Source: Balanoglossus misakiensis (lineage: Eukaryota > Animalia > Hemichordata). Taken from it: a DNA stretch of 64,000 bases. Every line of letters begins with the position of its first letter. Positions within the stretch are counted from its first letter, which is position 1. A program made the position numbers and the translations under genes. Shown piece by piece: positions 13,838 through 23,279 of this stretch. The DNA lies in contig CM082586.2 of the NCBI GenBank assembly GCA_040954595.2, positions 4,657,125 through 4,721,124 of the forward strand, in the 5' to 3' direction. Below the pieces are notes generated by a model. The model made no database searches. It was not told the origin of the DNA and saw only the letters and a program-made list of their open reading frames with translations.

Positions 13838-14921
13838 TTAAACATTTATTGGCATATGTCCCAGTACACGATTGGCTGCTTTCTGCTCTTCGCTTTCCAG
13901 CACAGTGCGCCTGCGCTGGTACTCCCTGTAATCTTCATTGAGAACGTCGTCGTAGTAACGAAGGTAAACGTACTTCCCCCCAACGTATAAACAAGTTCCG
14001 TGTAGAGAAATTCTCGTGTCCGGGTCTTTGACAGTGATCAGCCACCTGAAGAAAATATCAGATATTTGTGATTCAAAACAACTTGAAAACAGCATTTATG
14101 TATGTCAATCTTTCCGTCTGTCTGTGTCTTTTTCTGATTCTTTTTCTGAAAGTGTAAAAAAGACGTTTACCCTACTCTACCTAACAGACAGCTTCAGCTA
14201 CCTGACCTCTCCATGACCCTCGTTGACGTACCTGTTATCTAAGCCAGCAGTTGCTATCATGACGTTCATTTCGACGAATTCCACCGTTTCAATGCGGTCA
14301 AGGTCCACTTGTCTGACGTCATTCCTGAGCGCTGCTATGACGTCACCGTGCGTCAGGTCAACGCCGGGGTAGGAAAAGCACAGCGTGTAGGGGTGTGGTT
14401 CTGGCGAGCCTATGAATTTTCTGATATTCCTGAAGGCGATGTCGTAGCCCTTCTTTTTCGCCCTGTCCTGTCGCCGTCTCTCACGCGCCTTTCTCCTGAC
14501 GTACTGCACCAAGTCGACGTCATCTTCAGAAGAACTGTTGCTAAAACGTTATCACAAGTGAAATTAGAGTCTACTAACTTAGAAACTGCCTTGCTAGTCT
14601 TGAAGTCACTCTTGCCCGGTAACGCCTGAGACGATGTATCACTCTCTCCGTGTATCTGTCCGCCTGTCTGTCTCTCTCTCTCTCTCTGGCACTCTCTCCC
14701 ACACATAAGCCAACGACAAGAAGTTTCACCAACATTGGAACAGATCTGCCTCACCTACTCTCACGCGGTTTACTCGAACTATCTTTGTGTTTCTCTGCAT
14801 TGTCGGTTCTTGAGTTGCGTTTACCTTCCCCCGGTCGTTTCTTCTGAAGCGTTCCTCCAACGGAACCGGAGGAGGTCACGTGCGTCTCGGCAAGGAGCTT
14901 TTTTCTCGAGGTGTTACTCAT
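13838..14921 (-). CDS. C19orf81-like uncharacterised protein, about 227 aa
   Basis: Exons 14755-14921 (MSNTSRKK..., donor ag|gtgagg), 14232-14540 and 13838-14045 join through two phase-2 introns. The core PHPYTLC...LTHGDVIAAL...EMNVMIATAGLDNRWLITVKD...LRYYDDVLNEDYREYQRR matches my recollection of the vertebrate C19orf81 family, which needs a search to confirm. Minus-strand AATAAA at 13738-13743. Confidence 0.75.
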
Positions 14922-15380
14922 CGGTTGCTGCTATCATTAATTTCTATAAAATATTGGGGGGGAAATCGTATGGAAATACGCCATGTATAAACTGTCTGTA
15001 TAAACAATAAAAAGTTCTGGAACACATTCCCGTATGCTGTTGCATAGCGCCAATATCGAACACGCGCCATGCATGGAAACTCGATCGAATAGAGGCGGGG
15101 ATTGGATTGTTTACTTTACGAATTTTGCCTACATAGTCGAACTTTCCTCAGACAATTTCTTTCAAATTTCAGGTTTATCAAGACGTAGTTTTCCAAGTAA
15201 GCATCTAACATGATTACCAAAAAATAATCGGGTCGAAATCATTCATTTTCAAAACGGAAACACCACTGTTCGAAATTGTCATTTGGAGCGCCCTCTCTCG
15301 GCAAGAGCCGAATATACTGCCGAACGAAACTGAACAACGCAGGCAAGGACAGGTAAACACTGTGATTGGCCAGAACTCAA

Positions 15381-15394
15381 TTTGCCATGGTAAC
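15381..15394. promoter_or_regulatory. RFX X-box-like motif about 460 bp upstream of the C19orf81-like ATG
   Basis: TTTGCCATGGTAAC, one mismatch from the GTTGCCATGGYAAC X-box consensus. Confidence 0.4.
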
Positions 15395-15551
15395 TGTAGC
15401 TAAATTTGCATAGGTGATCGCATACCTTTAATAATTCTCAAGAAAATGACACGGAGACAATATTATGACAGTAGTACATCTTGATTTATTCACAGACAGT
15501 TCCTACAAGCAGCTGGTACAAGTTTGATACATAACAATTCATCACATTAGA

Positions 15552-15851
15552 ATTCTTTGTTATCAAATGACGTCAGACGCGCTCAGGCGGCAGTTACGTT
15601 CGAATTAAAATTTCCAGATGACGGGCAACTTCAGCAACGTGGACTTACATGGTGCAGAGAAAACTGTGCAAACGAAATGCAATGAGGCTGATGAGGCACC
15701 ATACCTGATACATGTTACGTGTTTGGCGGTTCTAAAGTAAAAACATACTCGGAAAAACTTTTACTGGATGCCGAAATATTGCTTGCCCGTCATCTGGAAA
15801 TGACTGCGCCATGGGGAACATTGCCAGATCACGTGATTGATAGTAAAGAAT
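15552..15851. mobile_element. Degenerate palindromic (MITE-like) element of about 300 bp
   Basis: Perfect 19-bp inverted repeat: ATTTCCAGATGACGGGCAA (15610-15628) and TTGCCCGTCATCTGGAAAT (15783-15801). Imperfect outer arms: attctttgttatcaaatgacgtca versus the reverse complement of tcacgtgattgatagtaaagaat. Confidence 0.6.
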
Positions 15852-16451
15852 AGATACTGTATTTTATATCAAAATCAGATGATTTGACAATTGGTCATGA
15901 AATACAAAAAAGCACATTTGCGTGAAATATCTCAGGTCAAATAGCATGATCATTTTGTGAAAGTAGCAGTGATCTCAAGTTCAATGCAATCCCATGTTAA
16001 TTACAAATACATAATCTGTGAATAGGAAGGGTTTCTTTCTCTAGTGTTACAAAATATTTGAGTTATTTGAAAATTTAACAAATTAACACTCATTAAAATG
16101 TGTATCATTTTGATTAAAATCCATCAGCTTTTTGTTTACTTCCTAATACCTCTAAATAATCAAATGTTGCATTTAAAAAATGAACATGGAAATACACCCT
16201 CCATTCTAGAAGAAAATGCAAGAAAAGCTTAATAAAAGATTCTTCAGCTATTATCTCTTTAATAAAAGGAATAAAATGTGTAAATATCAGAATATTTATG
16301 AATGTTCATGTACTTTAGGTGTGTTTGTGAAAGAACTTTTTTTTTACTGATCCCTAAATTTCAAGAAATTGCCACAACCTGATCTGTATGATCTCTGTGG
16401 AAGTTTGGGTACTGTCGGATACAAAATCTACTCCAGTTGTTGAAATACCAT

Positions 16452-17446
16452 CTAGTCCACTTTCTCCATTTCAATGTCAAGGTTAACAGTCCGGGAACCT
16501 GAATGAGAGAAAATTAAAATTAATTCACCATCTTAGGCATAACGGATGTGGGTGTCAAAGATTAAACTGGTTTTCTTTCTAGCTCTTTTTCTGCCATCTT
16601 AAGGGGTACAGTTCTCTTCAAATGTTTTTTTGAAAATCATGTGAGGACATTGTAACTTTACTTACCCCATAATGAGGAGTTTATTTTCTCCCCAGTCAGA
16701 TACAACGCCAGCATGAACACTGCATTGAAGATGAAAAATAGAACGAAGTACGGCCCTGACAGAACTTTCATGAAGCCATAGACCCATATTTCCATGACAA
16801 AACCTAGGTATAAAATCCTGCAATTCAAAATAAACAAACTCTAGGTAAAAGATTAGAAAAAAATGCATAAAAATGAGAAACTGTCAGACCAACATTTGGC
16901 AAGAAAATTTGTGGTGAAAATTAATGAGACTGCATCCCTTTAACAATGCAACTTACCAAAACAAATAACTTAATCCTACAAAGAGTGTACCAGTGATTCC
17001 AGACTGCCTGGAGGGATATTTATGCCTCACAAAATACAACTCCAGCAGCAAGAAGGGTACGACTGTGGTGTGCATTACGTGGTTCAGCCAGGGTGGAAAG
17101 ATTGCGTCTAGGTGCGCTGGGAATACCAACTCTCTGTCGACAGCGTAAATAGCCCAGAACATGATCACCACAATCTGTCAATGGAAGGTAATAATGATTA
17201 GTGCACCAGTGATCTTCTCCCCAGGAATTTCTGATACAGTATTGGCTAATTTACATAACAATTTAATTAATTACATGTATAATAATGTTGAGACCACTCA
17301 AAACTTACCATGCCAAAAGGGAAAGCGATGGCTGCTAAAAACCAATCTCTGAAACTGCGAAATTTCGCTAAAGTTTTACTTCTTTTACTGCATGTCTCGA
17401 CCAAATCAATCAGGCAGCACAAACCAAAATAGAAAGTTTGAAAGTT
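16452..17446 (-). CDS. AIG1: AIG1/ADTRP (FAR-17a/AIG1 family) membrane hydrolase: four shared constant exons (184 aa)
   Basis: Exons 17309-17446 (NFQTFYFGLCCLIDL...RDWFLAAIAFPFGM), 16957-17174 (FWAIYAVDRELVFP...PPWLNHVMHT...HKYPSR), 16666-16817 (WVYGFM...GEKINSSLW) and 16452-16498 (SRTVNLDIEMEKVD*) join in frame. The first acceptor (ttcttttccctcag|AAC) is phase 0. Confidence 0.93.
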
Positions 17447-17858
17447 CTGAGGGAAAAGAAAAGAAAAAAGGGGTAATGGGTACCTGGTAGGATGGATATT
17501 GTTATGTGTGTATGTTTTGCTGTGCTCTGCTGATATACAGTTAGCAAGCAGGCATATGAGCTGTTGTTTACTCCCCAGAAAGTTGATCCAGCAGATTTGA
17601 TTTTGAAAACCAAACCCGTTTACGTTTGGGTCAAAGTGACTTTGGATGAAGCGTTCAGAGGTCGGCGTGACCTGTACCCAGCTAGGGTGTAATACGAACT
17701 CCAGTGCTCCATATTCCGCTGAGATCGCACTGTAGTGAAGTTACGCAAGCGCCATGAAATCAAACAGTAACATCAGATTTTGAATGGACGTTGTACCAGC
17801 ACGGATTTGTCGATTGTCTCTGCCTTTGGTTTTTTGGGTGGCTTTGCAAAATACTCAC

Positions 17859-18017
17859 CAAATTCCACGTTGTTAAATATTTTGCCCCGCCACCAAAGGT
17901 ATGCTTCCGCCGATGCGACACAAAAGACTCGTAAAAGTAATGAGTGTACATATAGACAATGAATATCGAAAAGTGTCCCAACTGAAGTGCGGGTACGCCT
18001 TTTCGGGTGGACGCCAT
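17859..18017 (-). CDS. AIG1: AIG1/ADTRP variable first exon V5 (proximal), 53 codons
   Basis: MASTRKGVPALQLGHFSIFIVYMYTHYFYESFVSHRRKHTFGGGAKYLTTWNL followed by donor gtgagt, phase 0. Confidence 0.88.
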
Positions 18018-18313
18018 GTTACACGCGGAACTCCGCCTACCTAGCGGGCGCGCTTCTCAACGTCGCGTCGGTTTCGTGAATGAAAGGTCATGTCACTTTG
18101 CCGGCGAGGCGTTCGACATGTTCAAGTGCATTGATTTTCTGAACATCTGTTAGTTTCCCAACACCAGTGCCCGATCCGCAGTTGCTGAACACCATACAAT
18201 ATCAGTCTCCTATCATGTACAAATCGGTTGATTTTCTGTGACCGATCGTGGAATTTGTGCCGGGGTCGATGCATGTTGACAAAAGAGATCATTCATTACA
18301 TTGTAAAACTTAC

Positions 18314-18460
18314 CAAATTCCACATCGTCAAAAATGCTGCCTTATTCCTCACTATTTCAGGCATGTACGGAGCTATGTTAATGTTATGGAAATATCTGGC
18401 ATAAATGTACACACAAAAGATCACCAAGTGGCCACACAGACGAAGTGGAAGGGACGCCAT
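18314..18460 (-). CDS. AIG1: AIG1/ADTRP variable first exon V4, 49 codons
   Basis: MASLPLRLCGHLVIFCVYIYARYFHNINIAPYMPEIVRNKAAFLTMWNL followed by donor gtaagt, phase 0. Confidence 0.82.
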
Positions 18461-19045
18461 TGTGAAATGTGCGCGTGTTTGCGCGCTTGCAATGTACATA
18501 TGTACGCAGGACGCGGGGCGCGGAGTCGTCGCCCGTGGGCGCACTGCACCGCAACACATACAGTATACAGTTGTATTTGTAGCTGCGCAGGACAGTTTTC
18601 CCCAGGGGTGGAGGGGGTGGGTACTTCATAGTCAGGGAGATAAATACGTGCTGTCCAATATCTGATTGGATTAATGTTCAGTGGTTTCATTTTCTTTAAT
18701 TTCATTTTAATATGGTACGATCAACTCGTGTTGCGACCGATCACAATAGTTCAGTGATCCGTGTTGCAGTTTCACCGAAAGAATAAAGAGGATTAAACTA
18801 TGAAGTTACATAACATAACACCGTCCTGCGATCCTAGTATTAAACAAGTTAAGTCCTGGTTTCTTCCACATAAAACTGTTATAGCACAAGAGTGAAAGGA
18901 AAAACACCTGTTATTGGCGTAGATAGACACAATTTTGCGTGAATAGGTCTACCTCAATTCCCCCCATAAGACATAATACGAGAACAAAGGATCACAAAAG
19001 AAAAGATTACGGGAACGTGTAAGCTTATATGCGTGATTAACCTAC

Positions 19046-19204
19046 CATATTCCAGAAGGTTAAATATTTAAAATTTCCACCGAACGTAATCCCGATTCTC
19101 TCTTTCACCCAGGCGCGCACGATGACAAGATCGTAGTAACAGGCGAACAAATACAGCCCTGTCACCAATAGGTGGTAGGGTGTCAGCAGCGAAGACCGAG
19201 ACAT
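19046..19204 (-). CDS. AIG1: AIG1/ADTRP variable first exon V3, 53 codons
   Basis: MSRSSLLTPYHLLVTGLYLFACYYDLVIVRAWVKERIGITFGGNFKYLTFWNM followed by donor gtaggt, phase 0. Confidence 0.9.
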
Positions 19205-20323
19205 TTTCGTGTCGAGTCGGCGGTGTGTGGCGAGGGCAACGACTTCTGGTTGCGCTATCTCTCCGATACGTACGTGTACAAATGACAACTGAAAACAACG
19301 TGGCTCTTTCATTAACGTAACATTGCACAACCAAGTTTGCATAATGACGCATCGATATATCGTTGTTCTCCTTGTATTATAAGAGCACTACCATCTTCCT
19401 TCATGAGCTCGAGGTTTATTATCGAATAATTTACTTTATACATGCAGTATGTTATCTCAGTTTCTGAGGGATGACTTAATCATCAATGTTTTCCGATATT
19501 ATCTGATAATTGAAAGTAGCACCGGGTATCTGTCACCTTTTCTCCACCTTCTAGGAGAATATCAGACGATATTATTAACTAAAGCCACCCATATCCGACA
19601 AAGTGATAATGATACAAACTGATATTAGACAAATTCGTAAAATACGCTAATATCATAATGCTCATACATTATAGAGTATTTATACAACATTAAGTGGGGA
19701 CTAATTCAGATTCAGGTACCCAACAGGCCCGTCCGACCGACCCCCTTCCAATACTAGTTTCTAACTTAGAACTTAGACCATAACTGTTTTATCCTACGTA
19801 TCCGATAAAACATCGTGTCGGGCGCCAGTCTCAGTTCCCTATCTAATATTCGACACCAGCTTTATAAGTTCGACGATAAAGGCCACGTCGCCCGGCGTCT
19901 CGGTTATTAGAGTGTAATACGAGAGTAGAGTTGAGACATGTAATGAAAAATAAGTTTTAAGCCAGACAGATCTCTCTGCCAGTCTTGTAGGCCTATCTGT
20001 CGATTTTCACGTCACTCATTCAGTTGTAAACACTAATCGATCCGCAACATGTAAAAACCTTTAGTACATGTGTGTACACGAGTGGCTAAATGTACACTTT
20101 CCGATTTCATCACGAACCTTGAATATAACAAAAATTGACAACACGCATGCGCACCCACGTTTGAGTCCAGCTTCGTATGTGGCTATGTGCCTGTGTTGTA
20201 TGCGCATACTGATGCATAGCTTGTCGATTATCACGATTCCACCAATGCGAACGGAAAAAAATCTGCGACTCATGCGTGGTATATTGCTTTTATTACACGT
20301 GCAAACAATCAGTCGTCACTTAC

Positions 20324-20476
20324 CAAGTTCCAAAATGTCAAATATTGCCAAGCACCGCCGAACTGATGGGCACTCTCCAGCAGGGGATTAACGTAGGCTG
20401 ACCTGTAGGCATACGAACCTACATAAACTACAAACGCGAAGAAATTGTAAGCAGCGATTGCCGCCCCTGCCTGCAT
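20324..20476 (-). CDS. AIG1: AIG1/ADTRP variable first exon V2, 51 codons (absent from the ORF track)
   Basis: Translated by hand: MQAGAAIAAYNFFAFVVYVGSYAYRSAYVNPLLESAHQFGGAWQYLTFWNL followed by donor gtaagt, phase 0. Confidence 0.88.
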
Positions 20477-21018
20477 TCTGCGTTATTTATATCGCTCCAA
20501 AGCTAACAGGTGACAGCCCGATGTTCTCAGTGTCAGTACCGACAAAATAGTAAAAACAAACGTGTGAACACTGGACTTGGAATGGTCATGTGACTGTCTG
20601 TGACCTTTGACACGCATGTCGGGGCCCTGCCGAATACATGTATAAGTACTAATTAGACTATATGTCCATGTCGTATGACCAATGACCGTGATACTGACCG
20701 ACTGAGTGGAATGACATCAGTTGAAAGGTCGATCTGAATGTCATATGACGCGTTAAGCTTATATCGTCCAATGCGATGTTGTTTTAAGTATTCCTGTTTA
20801 TCTCACTTTCGTACGATTCAGCACCAAATTATATTCGAGAACTAAAGAAACAGTGTTGATTGGTTTCCCCATTCAAATCAGTGTAAAAAGCTTCATTTTT
20901 CGTAGGGTCCGGGTACAAACAGTCAAACGTTTCCCCCTTCATATATAACACTCTTCCGGGCTTGACTTCACAACCTCGCAGTCTATCATACAGCACGTAC
21001 ACGTGACGCAACACTTAC

Positions 21019-21210
21019 CAAATTCCAAAAGGTGAGAAATTTCCACTTTCCAGCCCAAGCGGACGGCGGATGAAGCTGCTTCCCATCCGCCGGCCGTATT
21101 TGACGGTTTAGAAAACTATCGTAGTAGTAACCGATGGAAAATACACATAACGCTATAACGTGGACTATGGCACCTATCTGCAGATAGACCTTGACTGACA
21201 AGGCAGCCAT
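21019..21210 (-). CDS. AIG1: AIG1/ADTRP variable first exon V1 (distal), 64 codons
   Basis: MAALSVKVYLQIGAIVHVIALCVFSIGYYYDSFLNRQIRPADGKQLHPPSAWAGKWKFLTFWNL followed by donor gtaagt, phase 0. Confidence 0.9.
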
Positions 21211-23055
21211 ATTGAGTATTGTTGCATCTGTAAAGATTTGGGCTTTGACTGCATGTGTACCGTACCCGGCCTCGCTACATAGTCTGATAAGGGACTACTC
21301 AGTTTCTCTAGCCCAGGGGGTCGTGGTTGGCTATAGCCCTTATCAAAAAGCAACTGACGTGACACCCCTCCCTCCTGATCGAAAAAAAAGCAATGAGGAC
21401 GACACCCTGGCAAACACTGGTAACCCCGTGTTCTCCTAAGCACATAGAAACATAAAGTATGATGAACAAATAAACACATGTATGGCACGAATTTTTACGC
21501 AATGTGATTCGTTCGATACAGTATGTATATAGCGTAAATTTAAGCGACCCGCCGCGCCCGTAAACAGGTAAAAAAATGCAATTCAATGCTGGTATGATGC
21601 ATTGTTATATAATTGGGGGGGTATTTCGGTATGAAATGTGTGCGCGCTCAAAATTAGAGCCCATTGATCCCAATTGAGCATTTTTAAAATCGGTGACATA
21701 GGGACTTTAAACGGGGTCAAAGGTTAGAAAAAGTCGTCTGCTTCGATCTGCATCCTAGTGTGGTCGATGAGCAGATGTGTGGCCCAAAAGCAACCTAGAC
21801 CCTGGGGTGCATATATCTCTACTCAACTGGTCACTGATAAATAAAATCCATTGAACATTTTATATGCGGCTTGATTTTGTTCCCTAGTAAATCGGGGGAT
21901 TCTAGGTGCTATGGAGAGTTCACATCATTGAGTGCCTTGATAGAGAAAGAAATATTTGGGATAAGCTTAAACAACTAAGGCTTAGCTTGGTTATAAAAAG
22001 TATAAGTACATAACTTGATAAGGAAGTAAAAAACAAGGGTTTCTCCCCGTAGCACACAGCACAGGCTATTAAAAGTTGGCTGCGTGCCATCCTTTTGTTG
22101 ACATATAGGGACTACTATACTACCATAGCAAAGCAATCTATTACGTTTGCATTTGCGCGTAATGTTGTTGACGCGCAGACGCCGCAAATTATTTCGGAAT
22201 GCATGGGACATAAGTGAAAGTTACTTTTGACATTGGATGAAGAAAAAGTGACGAAGTGGTTCCCACATCCGTTTGTTTAGCTGGGCTGTGGTGTGTGACA
22301 TTGACAACCGTGTGACTCAGCGTCGGGTGCCAGCTTATTTAAATTTCTCGGCGACCTGTGCGCGCACGCCAAGCTGACGCGGCCTACTGCATCACAAGGT
22401 CGCTACAGGCCATTTACGAAATCTACATTTACATAACAATTCGTCCCTGGTTTGTGCACATGCGCGTCCGGCGAAAATGAAATTTGCACAGACAGATAAA
22501 ATAGTGCGGTTGTCACAGAAACGTCACCATCACATGACAATATTTTTAACACTACCTTTCAGTATTTGCAATTTTTCTTTTACACATTATTGTAGAAGTA
22601 TTGTTTTCACATAAGACAATAGTTTTATCGACGTATATTGACAAAGCCATTTTTATTTATTTCCTATACACATACTAAAACCGCACCAAATGTCGATTAC
22701 AATTCTCAAGTCTAAGAATTCAGTTTTTGAGAGTAAAAATGTTTGCACAAAAGTCGAATAGAACAGAACGTTAAAGAACAGAACAGGGGGTGACAAATTA
22801 CTTTATTTTTTTTAATTTGTTTATTTTTGTTTTAGATGTTGGACCGATCTCTGGAAAATGTGAATTATTTTCACTACCAGTCCCTTGACACAACGAATAT
22901 TAATGTATTTATGTTGAAACATTGGAATAAATGCATCAACTGTTACAATGTACACGCTGAACGCGTTTTGGAAAAACGGGGTATCCCTCTTCGGCGGAGT
23001 AATACAAAACGAAGCAATCGTGATGGTGACCGGGATATCCGTCTAGCCTCGGTCT

Positions 23056-23085
23056 GGGGCGTGGTATGGGCTCTAACTGACGTCA
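23056..23085 (+). promoter_or_regulatory. Candidate Schnurri proximal promoter motifs (Sp/KLF box and CRE)
   Basis: GGGGCGTGG at 23056-23064 and TGACGTCA at 23078-23085, about 200 bp upstream of the proposed ATG at 23280. Confidence 0.35.
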
Positions 23086-23279
23086 TTGCAATTCTAAGGT
23101 TTTTGTCTTTTCCAAAACCAGGCGAAATTCACCCAAATTGACCGAGGAATGTCACCAAGGTATCGCCAAGTGACGTTTATGATGTTAAGTTGGTAACCAA
23201 GTTCGCTGTCGTTCTGGTGATCGAGTGAAATTTTCGCAGATTGTTGGGGAATTCCCAATGCGTAGTAGCCGCCGTAGCT

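Noticed and set aside
16533-16597. Alternative AIG1 last exon giving DGRKRARKKTSLIFDTHIRYA*
   Set aside because: It is phase-compatible but needs a 68-nt intron and a weak AAG acceptor. The 16498 acceptor (ttttctctcattcag) is much stronger. Unsupported without reads.
17859-21210. Five separate complete AIG1 paralogues, or pseudogene fragments
   Set aside because: No copies of the constant exons were found between the first exons, the gaps are mostly too short to hold them, and each first exon keeps its ATG, frame, Thr and donor.
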